Assembly (NCBI GenBank): GCA_003427395.1 | Contig: BFEA01000007.1 | Coordinates: 2,264,850-2,328,849, forward strand | Direction of reading: 5' to 3' | Source of the DNA: Chara braunii | Taxonomy: Eukaryota > Plantae > Charophyceae | Length of the DNA stretch: 64,000 bases | Shown: positions 1 to 12,358 of the stretch, piece after piece | Layout: the number at the start of each line of letters is the position of its first letter | Numbering within the stretch: position 1 is the first letter of the stretch | The notes under the pieces: generated by a model | Seen by the model: only the letters and a program-made list of their open reading frames with translations | Databases searched by the model: none | Told to the model about the DNA's origin: nothing | Program-made: the position numbers and the translations under genes

Positions 1-197
1 ATGGACGGCCCCGAAGGCCGTGGGAAACTAGAGAACAAGGACCCCACATAGGGCCGCCTACGGGAGCCTCGGGTTGGAGGCCCCACGACAAAAGAGACGG
101 GCGCGTGCAAGGCGCAAGAAAGACAAGGGAGAAGGGTCACCGTGGGGCGGCAAAGCGCCCAAGGGACGTGGGACACCTTGGGGAAAGACACCCGGGG

Positions 198-318
198 CCA
201 CGAGGGACTAAGTGCCGAGGACCACCGACGGAACTAAATGTCGAGTACCACCGACGAGACTAAATGTCGGAAACCACCGATGGGACTAAGTGTCGGGGAC
301 CATCGTCGGGACGAATGG
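198..318. repeat. 26-bp degenerate tandem repeat (about 4.5 copies)
   Basis: CCACCGA..GACTAA(A/G)TGTCG units start at about 222, 248, 274 and 300. Confidence 0.8.
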
Positions 319-384
319 CGGGGATAAGTGAAAGTCCCAATAAGAAACGGCGGCACCGCATGAGGGAAAATAATAAAGGCAAGA

Positions 385-2175
385 TGCACCGTCAAGATCA
401 AGATCTAGACGGCCAAGAATATTAGCACCACTAGTGCAAGCACTAGCGGTAGCAAACGGGAAGGCCAAAAGGAAAAGAAAAAGTAAAGAAACTTGAAGTG
501 GGAGGCATAAGAGCAATCCGAAAAATCTCGGATCAGCCTCCCTCAAGAAAATGGAGTCAAAAGAGACCCCATGTGAAAAATGGGCCTCCGGGAGAAAATC
601 GGAGTACGAGGGACCACTATGGGAGAAAAACAGCACTAAAAGGAAGCTCCCATGGGCATGAGAGGGCCATTATTGCAGTCCGAGATATAACGAACTGCAC
701 CTTGGGCATAGAAAGGGCCAAGACTAAGAGGAAGGGGCTAGAAAAGGGCCTTAACGGCCACTTGACACTTAGCATGCTAGAAAAAAGAGAGAAAAGAAAA
801 GAAAATGTGGGAGAATAAGACAAAAAGAGTGAGAGGGAGTGAGTGAGTTGGCCGTTAGTAGGGACTGCCACAAGTAGGGACTGCTGCCAGTCCCTACTGA
901 CCAAGAAAGGAGGAAAAAAAAAAAAAAAAAAAAGAGAATATGAGAAAAGAAAAAAAGGCCTTAACGATAAAAAATGGTCACTTGGGAAGATACATCCATG
1001 ACCAGATTCATTCTAGAATATGGCGGTTGNAGAATATGGCGGTTGCAATGGACTTCGATTTTCTTTGATTTTTGCGGAGAAACTCAAAGAAAATCAAAGC
1101 CCCATGCAACCGAAAAATAACGGATTGCATAGGGGAGGAGAAACACATGTTTTTTGTGCATCCGGAACTAATATTGAGCCCGGATGCACTTAGAAATTTA
1201 ACGCTTCATTTTCTTTTAGCATGGGGCAAGTTGTGGGGCTGAGGGACTAGAAAAATGGTCAGGATTGCAGTCCGAGAAATAACGGACTGCATGGGGATGC
1301 CTAGGCTAAGGGAAAATGAGCCACGACAAGCCCAAAAGGCTAGAAAGGAGCAATTTTGGCATGGGAGACGGTAAACGGCGACCACGGCCTAAAAAAATCG
1401 GCACGCATGTAAAAATGATGGGACACACCCAGGGCAAGGGGCCCCAAAAATAAAAATGGGACACCGACCGAAATGTTGTCGGGGACCAAGTGGGTCCAAA
1501 TAATAAAAGTCGAAAAACGGAACGCGCCGGTGGGACCGCCGACGGAACAAGAAAATGAAACTAGTATGGAGAAAAGTGGCGGGGACTTGGGATGTCCCAA
1601 GGGAACCATGAGCAAGCACAAGGAATAATTGTGCAAGCAAACGGCACCGTCAAGATCAAGGATCTAGACAGTGGGAAATATTAGCACCACTAATGCAAAC
1701 ACTAGTGGGGGCAAGTGGGAGAGTTATGGGAGAAAAGAAAGTAAAAATAATGGTGTTGGGAGGGTTGCCCAGCATTCCGAAATATCTCGGACTAGCTAGG
1801 CATGAGAAAATAGAGCCTCAAGAGGCTCAACATGAGAAAAAGGTTGTCCTTAGAAAATCGGAGCAAAGGGGGCTCAACATTGAACAAACGGAGGCAAAGT
1901 GGAACCCTCTAGGAGCATGGGGGTGCCATTGTTGGAATCCGAGATATAACGGCCAAGTACCAGCCATGAACCTATGAACCTGGCCCTGGATGAGGCCCTA
2001 AGACCTAGAAAGAGGGTGCACAACAGTTTGACACTTGTCACAATTGAAATAAAAGAAAAAGAAAGAAAAATGAGAGAAAAAGGAGGGAGAATGAGACAAA
2101 GAGAAAAGAGTGGAGGAGAGTATGTCGGCCTATTGGGACCTGCACAGTAGGGACTGGCAGGTCCCAACTGTAACC
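385..2175. repeat. Diverged direct repeat with about 1.26 kb offset in a non-coding A/G-rich element
   Basis: GCACCGTCAAGATCAAG(G)ATCTAGAC...ATATTAGCACCACTA at 387 and 1644; TCCGAGATATAACG at about 680 and 1938; GTAGGGACTG at about 874 and 2147. Confidence 0.65.
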
Positions 2176-3424
2176 TCATCCTCCTAGAATGAGGGAGGGC
2201 AATCCGGATTACAGAGATATGGCCATATCTCAATAAAACCTGAATTAAAAAGAAGAAAATCAAAGAAAATGCAAAAGAGAAATGGTCGGTTTTCTTTTGG
2301 ACCATGGATCTGAGATCAGATCTCATGGTGGAGAGGAACTAGCCGTTTTTTGTGGGCCAGCTCAAAACGGCTAGCTCCGGAATGAGGTGGAAGCCCAAAA
2401 TGGAAAGAAACAAAAAAGGGAAAGGGACAAAGGCCCNGCTAGCTCCGGAATGAGGTGGAAGCCCAAAATGGAAAGAAACAAAAAAGGGAAAGGGACAAAG
2501 GCCCAAAAAGAGAACCAGATGCACCAAAAATTGAAAAAGTGGACTTAGGGGCTCAAAATTGAAGCAAGGGCTACTTGGGGGTGGCACAAAATATTTGTTG
2601 GCCTTGGATCTCAGCCAGATCCAAGGCTGAAAATGTGTCGCTGCATGGAAAAATATCTCGGCCTACCAAAAATAGGGTACAAACTGGAAAAATCGAAGAA
2701 AAGGCCCACTAGGCCTTTTTCTCTCAAGTAAAGTTGCCCCTTGGGCATTCGGACCCAAGGGGGCAGCATTTGTGAGGTGAAAAGGAGGCCGAAGTAGGCC
2801 AAGAGGCATTCCGAGTTGGTACCAACAACTCAGACTGCATGTACTTGGCCAAAAAGAGGCCCGGTTACCTCTGGAAGGGCCTAGTGGTAGAATTTTGCCT
2901 TGGGGGTACCTCGGTTCACCCCAAGGCACATGGGGAGACCCATGGGTTGGCCGGACTACTGGTTTCAGCCTACATAAGCTGGGAATTCAGTCCGCCACTT
3001 TCACAATTGCACGAGTGCCCATGCTGCCCAAGTGAGCTCATAGGAGCACTCTTTCACTTTAGGAGAGGAGCGGGGAACCCATGCCAGATTAGGAGCTCGG
3101 TGGAGACCATGAGCTAGCGAGAGGAGCTCTAGAGACTAGTGGTAGTGAGGCTGGCCCTAGGGAGGTGATCCGCCATAGCCCCCTGGGTAGGAGGAAGAGA
3201 GAGAGGCTAGAGGGAGTACAATTAGCCCTCCTAGAGGGGAGAACTCCATAGCTATGGTGATTGGAGCCTGTGGTAACTTGGGAGAGAGTGAGAAGGGGAG
3301 GAGAGAGGCTTGAAGAAGAAGGAGGCCATAGCCAAGAAGGTGTTTTGTGCAAGGAGGAAGAAGCCTCATCAAGATTGAGACTCCATCTCCAAGACATTAA
3401 CAAGGTGAGTGGAAGGAAGAGAAG

Positions 3425-3572
3425 GTTTTTTCTTCTTCTTCTTCCTTTTCTTCTTCTTCCTCCTCTTCTCCTTCTTCTCCCTCTTCTTCTTCTTCTTCTT
3501 CCTTTTCTCCTTTTTCCTCTCTTCTTCTTCTTCTTCTTCCTCTTCCTCTTCCTCTTCTTCATCCTCTTCTTC
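3425..3572. repeat. (CTT/CCT)n low-complexity tract
   Basis: Read directly from the sequence. Confidence 0.9.
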
Positions 3573-3574
3573 CT

Positions 3575-4500
3575 ATTAGGCTACTCAAGCTCTTGTTTTT
3601 CACTCATATGCTAGTAGGTAGTGCTCCGATTCTTCTATGAATGATCTCATGCTCATTACTTGTGATTTGGACTAGTGTAGATCTTGCTTTTCACTCACAT
3701 GCTAGTAGGAGATCCTCCAATTCTTCCATGGATGATCTCTTGCTCAAATCTTGTGATATAGCATAGTGTAACTCTTGCATTTCACTCACTCACTTGTAGG
3801 AGATGTTCCGATTCTTCTATGGATGATCTCATGTTCAATCTTTGTGATTTGGGTTACTTCAACTCTTGCATTTCACTCACATGCTAGTAGGAGATGCTCC
3901 GCTTCTTCTATGAATGATCTCATGCTCAACACTTGTGATTGGGGCTATTCAAACTCTTGTTTTTCACTCATACACTAGTAGGAGATATTCTGATTCTTCT
4001 ATGGATGATCTCTTGCTAAAATCTTGTGATATAGCCTAGTGTAGCTCTTGCATTTCACTCACACACTAGTAGAGATGTTACGATACTTTCATGGATGATC
4101 TCATGCGCATTACTTGTGATTTCGACTAGTGTACATCTTGCTTTTCACTCACATGCTAGTAGGAGGTCCTCTGATTCTTCCATGGATGATCTCTTGCTCA
4201 AATCTTGTGATATAGCCTAGTGTAACTCTTGCATTTCACTCACACACTAATAGGAGATGTTCCGATTCTTCTATGGATGATCTCATGTTCAATCTTTGTG
4301 ATTTTGGCTACTCCAACTCTTGCTTTTCACTCAGATGCTAGTAGGAGATGCTCTGATTCTTCAAGGGATGATCTCATGCTCAATACTTGTGATTTGGCCT
4401 AATGTAAGTCTTGATTTTTACCCATATGCTAGTAGAAAATACCCCGAATTTTCCATAAGTGATTTCGTGCTCAAGACTTGTGTTTTGGGACTAGTCTAGC
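3575..4500. repeat. About 91-bp satellite, about 10 copies, with a 5-monomer higher-order repeat
   Basis: TTCACTCA recurs at about 3600, 3691, 3782, 3873, 3965, 4054, 4145, 4236 and 4327. Variant monomers recur at a 455-bp offset. Confidence 0.9.
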
Positions 4501-4519
4501 TTGTGCCCTCCACTCGCAT

Positions 4520-4710
4520 GATAAACGATGACATTCTGTTTCAAACTTGGTTGCATGCATGAGCCATGGGCATGTGTTTGAGCAAGTCTCGTTCACATAC
4601 ATGGCTCAACTCTCGCGTAATGGCATTTTATTTCAAACCTTGGTTGCATACGTGAGCCATGAGCGTGTGTTTGAGCAAGTCTCACTCACATACATGGCTC
4701 AACTCTCACA
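4520..4710. repeat. About 94-bp tandem dimer
   Basis: TTTCAAAC..TGGTTGCAT...TGTTTGAGCAAGTCTC..TCACATACATGGCTCAACTCTC occurs twice. Confidence 0.85.
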
Positions 4711-4719
4711 TAGAGTGTT

Positions 4720-5730
4720 CCAGTCCCTCCATGTGCATGTGTCCTTCACTAAACTAAAGTATCTCATTGTCAAGTTCATGTATGTTGTGATGTTCCGATT
4801 CCTACTTAGTTGATCTCTCCTCCATGTGCATGTGTCCTTCACTAGTTCAAGTATCTCATTGTCAAGTTCATGAATGATTGTCATGTTCCGGTTCCTACTT
4901 AGTTGATCTTTCCTTCATGTGCATGCTTCACTAGTTCAAGTATCTCATTGTCAAGTTTATGTATGTAGTGATGTTCCCGTTCCTACTTAGTTGTTCTTTC
5001 CTCCATGTGCATGTGTCCTTCACTAGTTCAAGTATCTCATTGTCAAGTTCATGTATGTTGTGATGTTCCGGTTCCTACTTAGTTGATCTATCCTCCATAT
5101 GCATGTGTCCTTCACTAGTTCAAGTATCTCATTGTCAAATTCATGTATGTTGTGATGTTCCGGTTCCTACTTAGTTGATCTCTCCTCCATGTGCATGTGT
5201 CCTTCACTAGTTCAAGTTATCTCATTGTCAAGTTCATGTATGTTGTGATGTTCCGGTTCCTACTTAGTTGATATTTCCTCCATGTGAATGTGTCCTTCAC
5301 TAGTTCAAGTATCTCATTGTCAAGTTCATGTATGTTGTGATGTGCCGGTTCATACTTAGTTGATCTCTCCCCCATGTGCATGTGCCTTTCACTAGTTCAA
5401 GTATCCCATTGTCAAGTTCATGTATGTTGTGATGTTCAAAGTCCAACTTAGTTGATCTTCTTTTCATGGGCATGTGCCGTTCACTAGTTCAAATCTCCTC
5501 ATTATCAAGTTCGTGTGTGTTGTGATGTTCCGACTCATACTTAGTGGGTCCCTCCCCTATGTGCAAGTGCTTTTCACTAGCTCTAGCTTTTCATTGTTGA
5601 GTTCATATGTGTTGTAGTGTTCCGGTCGTACTTAGTTGCTCCTTCTTACATGTGCATGCGCTCCTCAATCTCTCATTGTCAAAATCATGGGTATTGTAGT
5701 ATTCCGGTTCATACTTAGTTGATCTTTCAC
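4720..5730. repeat. About 92-bp satellite, about 11 copies
   Basis: Consensus CTCCATGTGCATGTGTCCTTCACTAGTTCAAGTATCTCATTGTCAAGTTCATGTATGTTGTGATGTTCCGGTTCCTACTTAGTTGATCTCTC; copies diverge toward the right edge. Confidence 0.95.
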
Positions 5731-5828
5731 TATGGGATGGGTGGCCGACATTTGGTTGCTACTACTATGGAATGGGTGACCGACATCTGGCTGCTACTAC
5801 GGGGTGATGATTTGATTAGGATTAGAAA

Positions 5829-5882
<54 letters not shown>

Positions 5883-6864
5883 CCTCTCTCCCACTCTTTC
5901 TCTCTATCTCTCCCTCTTCACCTTGCCCCCTCTCTCTCCCCTCCCTCATTTGGCATATGACTAACCCCTCTCCCCTCACTTGTTACATTGCCAGGGTGCG
6001 AACAGTAAAAAGAGATCAGACCTCCCTTGGTGGAGAGAGAGGGCAAGGGAAGGATAGTCGGTCCCTTGTGCCACCAAGAAGGCAAAGGAAAGGACGTTTG
6101 GAAAAGTGGGAAAGGACGGAATCCGAAGAAAGTATAAATTGAAGCGAGGTCAGTTTGACTCAACCATTTCCCCGACTACATGACTATGAGAAGAGGATGC
6201 GCTGATTGAGCAAAGAAAGGGAACAAAGAGCAGCCAAAGAGCATGGAAAGATAGGCATGTGGGAAGGGCTATGTATTGACCCCCAACGGGGGATTGTATG
6301 GATCTTTGCTTTGTGTGGAATTGTGCAGGTAAGTGAAGGCTAAGGGTGCCTTGAGCAGGATAGGGCCCGGAGGAACCGGGCATGAAAAGGAAAAGGGAAG
6401 AGGGGCAAAGGGGCTACAGGACCCTTAGCATAAAGCCAACCCATGGAAATGACCTTTGCGTTTGAGACTTGGAGTGTAAATGAGAAAATGGAGTGCAATC
6501 TTGCCAAGGGAAATGTGAAGTTGTGTGTGCATGCATGTAAAGGCCCCGAAAGGACTAAGGGGCCTGCGTTAATAGGGTTGAATGAGAAGTCCGAGACTCG
6601 ATGGGTGCGTTGAGGGGGAGGATGACTTCGCCGCACCTCGATGACGCCGGAGGATCACGATACTTAGGGAAATGGTGCACGGCCTAAGGATGACGCTTAG
6701 CCTGCGCACAAGAGAAGAGAAACACTCAAAGAGCCCTTGGACTGCCTGTGTATTGGAAGGAGCAATTGCCTGAGAACATAACTAAGAATCAAAAAAAAAT
6801 CAGCGTTGACCCCCAATGTCAAAGCTCTCTCGCGCGATGCCCCACCCTCATCCATCTCAAAGAA

Positions 6865-7290
6865 TTAGGTGGGGGTGACCTTGGGACGAAGGGCCCGCGC
6901 CCTGAGCATGAGCGTGGGCGGGCCGAGCCAAATGGGACTCGGAGTGGGGTCGACTAAGGCTCGAAACTCGTCGTCCAACTCGATGGTAGAACCATCGTTG
7001 TCGACGAACATAATAAGGCCCTTCGCCTTCCAGTTGGGAAGCAACGACTTCTTCCTACCATCCGTCATGGGATTATGTCCATGCCCTATCTTTGCCTCAA
7101 AGTCTAGGGCCTTCTTACTGAAAGAGGTAAAGTTGTGCATATTGATGTTGGCCTCACCTGCCAACTGATTCCTGAAAGGCATGGGAAAGCATCTCAGGTA
7201 GGAGGTGAGTAAGACCTGCGGGTCATAGCGCACCCCAGGGACACAGATCAGAAGCTCTACAGCATCAGTGACCTCTCTTACTGACTTAAA
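6865..7290 (-). mobile_element. Retrotransposon gag-like fragment
   Basis: Frame VTDAVELLICVPGVRYDPQVLLTSYLRCFP...FSKKALDFEAK..NWKAKGLIMF parallels the gag C-terminal region at 18200-18480. It is truncated by an LTR piece. Confidence 0.55.
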
Positions 7291-7299
7291 CTGCCTCAA

Positions 7300-7718
7300 C
7301 GCTTCCGCAAGTCTCACAGTCTGAATGAATGAATAACTGAACGTTGCCTCTTGATTTATACTTCGGTTGGTCGCTGGTCTGCACCTTTCCACCAAGCCCA
7401 GGGTGCACACAGTCCCACATAGTACTTGCTGACTGGACAAAGTGCGACTGATACTGAATACCGCTGACTAGGTGAGGTTTGAGTGTCCACTTGCCCGCTT
7501 GCCTTTGGCCCGACTCTAGTAATTCTCGAAAGGCCATTTTCGGGCCTGAATACAGCTGACTAGGTGAGGTTTGACTGTCCACTTGCCCGCTTGCCTTTCG
7601 CCCGACTCTAGTAATTCTCGAAAGGCCATTTCCGGGCCTTCCGAAGCCTGTAGACTTGGCCTTTCCGGACTATAGCAGCTACAACCTTGACCTTTCAGGA
7701 TTGTAGCAGCTACGACCC
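7300..7718 (-). mobile_element. Inverted LTR fragment (same family as 9669-10669 and 12359-13288)
   Basis: Its reverse complement contains GTCGTAGCTGCTACAATCCTGAAAGGTCAAGG, GGCAAGTGG, CAGCAAGTAC and TATAAATCAAGAGGCA, all shared with those LTRs. Confidence 0.8.
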
Positions 7719-9630
7719 TTAAGGTAGCTGATTCGTCCCTGCCTTTCGTTGTTACCACTGACAGGAGTCAGTATGGCATAGGTGCGGTTTTGCAGCAAGA
7801 CGATGGCAATGGATATAGGCCATTAGAGTTCATGTTCGCCAGGATGCCTTCAGAGAAGGTGGCGACATCAACCTATGAGAGAGAACTCTACGCTCTCAGA
7901 CAAGCACTAGATCATTGGAAGCACTACTTGCTTGAGAGGCACTTCAAAGTCTATTTAGACCACGAGACTCTAAGGTGGCTGAAGACTCAGGCCAAGATGA
8001 CACCTAAGCTTACTAGGTGGGTCGCAGAGTTAGACCAGTACTTTGAACTGAAGCCAATTAAAGGGAAGTACAATGTAGTAGCGGACGCTTTGAAGAGCTG
8101 ATTACTTTGGGCCAATAGTTCACTATCTAGATATAGCGAGAGACCTGCAGCAGAAAGTTAGAGAGGCATATACACAGAACCCTATCTATAGTGATCTCCT
8201 CAAGAGAGTTAGGGAGGCCCCAGAGTCTGAGCCAAACTACCGCACTATTGATGGCTTATTATTCGAGAAGACTAATGTAGTTGACCGCCTGTGCGTTCCC
8301 AACAGCGAAGAGATTCGTAGATTGATCTTAGGGGAATGCCATGATACAGAGGGACACTTTGGTTGGCAAAAGAAACTAGCCAACCTCATGTGCTTGTACA
8401 TCTGGCCTGGTATGAAGACCGACTGCATAGAGTATGTCCACAGTTGTAAAGTATGTCAGCAAAACAAGACTATTACGCGAGCCCCTCTTGGTCTTCTCAT
8501 ACCCTTGCCTATTCTTGACAGACCTGGAGATTATGTGTCCATCGACTTTATGGATACTCAGGTCAAGAGTAGGCATGGCAAAAGTCAAGTCATGGTCATA
8601 GCATATAGATGTAGCAAGTATGCAGTTTTTGTTCCTTTGCCTACAGAGGCACGCACAGACCTAGTAGTTCAAAGGTTTTTGACCATTGGGTCAGTGAGGA
8701 TGGTATACCGCTATCGATAGTTAGTGACAGGGATACCAGATTCACTAGTCAGAACTGGCAGGAGCTGATGAAAGTTTATGGCTCAAAGTTGCTGATGTCA
8801 TCTGGTCGTCATCCTGAGACTAACGGCTAGACAGAACAAATAAACAAGCTCCTGCAGCAAATTCTTAAAATGTACATTAGGTCCGATCAGGTCAATTGGG
8901 ATGAGATGCTCCCAAAGGTAGCCAATGCCTACAATAATAGCGCGCACTTATCTATGTGTCGCACTCCCAAAGAATTGCACAAGTCCGTTAAACCGCGCAG
9001 ACCATTTGAAGGACTTAACCGGGACCAGATTCAAAGGTTACCACCCGGTACACAGAGTTTGCAATACAGTACGAGAAACAGATAGCTACCGTTGTTGACA
9101 ACCTCAGGAAAGCCCAACACAGAATGATAGAACAAGCTAGAAAGCACCGTCGCCCCTCACAGTTTCAAGTATGCGACTTAGTCTGGGTCAAGTCAAAAGA
9201 GATTGCCCCTGAGGAAAACATCTCACAAAATTTGTTGTCTGCGTATAAAGGACCGTGGCCAGTCCTAGAAGTCAAAGGCGGAGAGGATGGACAGTCCTAT
9301 ACTATTGAGATCCCAGCACACCTCCACACCTACCCAGTGTTCGATATGTCAAAGTTGTTACCTTGCATTACAAATCAACAGTTCCCATAACGCAGATCTA
9401 TGATTCCTCCAAATATGGATGGAAGATATGACATTGAAGGGATAGTAGGTGAGGATATCTTTAGGACAGGAGGTAGAGGTCGTCCCCAGAAGCAATACAA
9501 AGTCAGTTTTCCCTATCAAGAGCCAGAAGACGACCTCTGGTTCACGCGAGCAAAACTTCTGGAGATAGCTCCCCATATAGTTCGAGCCTACGAAAGAGAG
9601 AAGAAGGGCAAAGGTCCTGCCTTAGACTGA
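7714..9630 (+). mobile_element. Ty3/Gypsy (chromovirus-type) pol remnant: RNase H, integrase and chromodomain, with stops and frameshifts
   Basis: LPFVVTTD..GIGAVLQQ, STYERELYAL, integrase zinc finger H..GHFG..CKVCQ, VSIDF, SDRDTRF, GPW motif, chromodomain YDIEGIV..QYKV..DDLW. Confidence 0.93.
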
Positions 9631-9668
9631 AATATCCTCGGAGGACCACGAATTTAGGACGGTGGGAG

Positions 9669-10669
9669 TGAATCCGTTTTCACCTTTCTGCAGTCACAGA
9701 TGCGGGCCCTAGAGTTCGATCCCCAAACCTCACTTTGCCCATGTACAATATTGAGTCGACCCCGAGAGTTTGAACCCGTGATCTGTGTTTTGGTAGTTGT
9801 TTGTCATATGTCGTAGGTATGTGTAGCGGTAGGGGTTTGATCTGTAGGTCTGTAGATTAGGAGTCACAACTTCGTAGAGGTCCTCGTTGTAGATGTTCTA
9901 AAAGGTCAAGGCCGTAGCTGCTACAGTCCTGAAAGGTCAAGGTCGTAGCTGTTACAGTACCCGAAAGGCCAAGCCCACAGCCTTCCGGAAGGTCCGGAAG
10001 TGGCCTTTCGAAGTGTCTCACGTTTAGTCAGAGGCAAGTGGGCAAGTGGTGGGCCTTTAGTCAGAGGCAAGTGGGCAAGTGGTGAGCCAACTGCGTTACG
10101 TGGACAGTGCGACTACATCGAGTTGGCAGTGCAAACCCATGCAGTCAGCGGCACCGGTCCCACTCAGTCAGAGTCCAGTCAAGCAAGTACTGTGTGCACC
10201 AAGGGCCTAGGAAAAGGGCAGACCAACGAGTTACAGAAATATAAATCAAGAGGAAGCGCCCAACCATTCATTCATTCGCTGCATAAGCCATGCGGAAGCA
10301 CTGCTACAGTGTCTTATGCAAAGGTGGTCTGCAGGTTCCCCGAAGACGAAGGGGCTGAAGGGAGATCGTAGCCATAGTCAGTAGTGGTAGCGCGGCCATA
10401 GCCGCTGTAGGGGGAAGTTAGACATACTGTATGTGTGTGGTGGTATTCAGGGTGATCCAAAGTGAGCGTGTGTGAACAGTGGGGTTGGACACAGTGATGA
10501 AGGTTGTGATGTTCAGGCAATGATGCGCCATAGCCTGTTGAAGAGAACTCGCATCTGAATTGTGTTCTTGATTTCCATATCTTTAAGCTTTGAGTGGGCT
10601 CCTTGGGCCAGTGTGAATCTCCATCTGTTTGCAGGTGTGCGAAGTGGAAAGAAAGCGAGTCTGATTGCA
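9669..10669 (+). mobile_element. 3' LTR (TG...CA, about 1.0 kb)
   Basis: Follows a purine tract (GGACGGTGGGAG) after the pol stop. It ends GTCTGATTGCA, the same terminus that precedes the PBS at 13290. TATAAA occurs at about 10240. Confidence 0.85.
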
Positions 10670-11072
10670 CGGTCCTTTGAAGGTCCTAGACATAGTGGGG
10701 GATCACATAGATGGACCTTCTTATGTCATTCGCATCCCTGCTCACCTGCGTACATACCCAGTATTTCACGACTCAAAGCTTGCACCTTTTGCAGAAACTC
10801 CACAGTTCCATTCCAGACAATCAATGTTGCCCCCAACCATGGATGGCCACGTCGACATAGACGAAGTCGTGGAACACTGGATGATGTTAGTGCCTAAACA
10901 TCCCAGCAGAGGCCGACCTCCAAAGCCAAGGATGCAGTATTGTGTTGGATTTAGACACCACTCTAATCCCAATGAAGATCGGTGGTTTACCAGGGAAGAA
11001 CTCCAGCAAGCAGTTCCCCAAGTGATTGCAGCCTACGAAAGAGGACTCGAGGGAAAGATGCCTGCAGATTAG
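10670..11072 (+). mobile_element. Integrase C-terminus and chromodomain of a second chromovirus family, truncated by the preceding LTR
   Basis: GPLKVL..SYVIRIP..YPVFH.SKL..VDIDEVVEH..QYCVGF..EDRWFT. Confidence 0.85.
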
Positions 11073-11110
11073 AGAATTCTCAGGGACTATGGAAGTAAAG
11101 GAGGAGGGAA

Positions 11111-11984
11111 TGCAAGGATGTGGCTCCTCGACAGGCATCAGGGCCCCCTTATGCAAGTGTGCCCCGCCGTAAGTGAAGGCGGGCCTAACAAATCATGAGA
11201 GGCCGAATGATGTCAATTTTGTATTAGGGGTTCAAGCAGTTCCGTCGCGTCCGCTTGGTTGAGGGAACCCAGGACCCGAGCAGCAAATACTTTCCACGAC
11301 CTTCTATGCCTTTTCTGAAATGCAGGTCCTGGGCCACATTCGCAGCAACATACACAGACAGTTGGAAGGCATAATTGAACGAGGCCCAATAGCAGCAGCA
11401 GAGGGCCCAGCTACTTGGGGTCTACCGGAAGCTTCTAGGCGCCGGCCCAGCCCAGCCAGGCCACAAGCCAGGCCAGACTCTTTCCATATAGGAAAGAGTT
11501 TGCTGCCTGGCATCGCATTCTGGCACTTGCAAGTTTGCGGCAGCGCTGCTGGAGCGATTGCTCGTGTGCTGCTGCTAGCGTTGGGGCAAGGTGCTTCGCA
11601 TGTGCGATCGTGTAAGAAGAAGGGTGCTGCTGTAGGCAGCGCCATAGCCCAACTTCCATAGCTGGTTGGGATTGGCTAAACCGCAAGGTGCAATGGTGGT
11701 CTTCGGGTGTATAGAGTGAAGACAAGGGAGACAGACGAGAGAGAGAGAGAGAGCGAGAGAGAGAGAGATGAGGATGATGATGTGAGGGCTCATCCCTGGT
11801 ATCGGCGATGGTCTGCATTGGGCAACATCTTCCCGTACTTCGGTGGCTGCTGACGTCGAGAGTTGCATTGTCAATTCTTAGTCAGACAGTAGTTGTGTGG
11901 GAGTAGTCTGGGCGCCAAGCGCCAAGTATGGGAAAGGGCCTGGACTCTTATGATGGTGAAGACGAGAGTAAGCTCAGTGTTACA
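11111..11984 (+). mobile_element. Putative 3' LTR of the second family
   Basis: PPT AAAGGAGGAGGGAA immediately precedes TG at 11111. The right end at TGTTACA is tentative. Confidence 0.5.
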
Positions 11985-12104
11985 ATTCTCCATTGGTGTA
12001 TTATTCGTGCAATGCTACTTTCTGGACACTGTGGAACTTTCTTGCTTTCAACGTGATTGTGCAATCTGGATTCTGGTCATCTCGCTATTGCTCGTTTTCC
12101 TTGC

Positions 12105-12358
12105 ACTAGGACCTTCTAGAAGTTGTAGGACTGACTCTTCGTATGTCGTAGGGGTCGGTCGGCGGCTGAGTCAGCAGAGGTCAGTCCTAGCAAAGTCAGC
12201 AAAGGGCAGTCCTACCTAGCCTTGTCAGCGGTACCCAGTCCCAAGGTGCACTTTGTCTAGTCAGCAAGTACCATGCCGGACTGTGCAACCCCAGGGCCCA
12301 ACATCCAAGTGCAGACCTACGACGATCCGAAGTATAAATAAAGAGGCAGAGACAAGTC
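12105..12358 (+). mobile_element. Internal LTR fragment similar to 22898-23150
   Basis: Shares GTCAGCAAAGGGCAGTCCTA, CCCAAGGT.CACTTTGTCTAGTCAGCAAG and GCAGACCTACGACGATCCGAAGTATAAA. Confidence 0.8.

Noticed and set aside
198-318. Short regularly spaced repeats resembling a CRISPR array
   Set aside because: The units are contiguous tandem repeats with no unique spacers and no cas genes, in a eukaryotic context.
1011-2503. Short direct duplications around single N characters (1030, 2438; also 36229)
   Set aside because: Typical unmerged contig overlaps rather than biological repeats.
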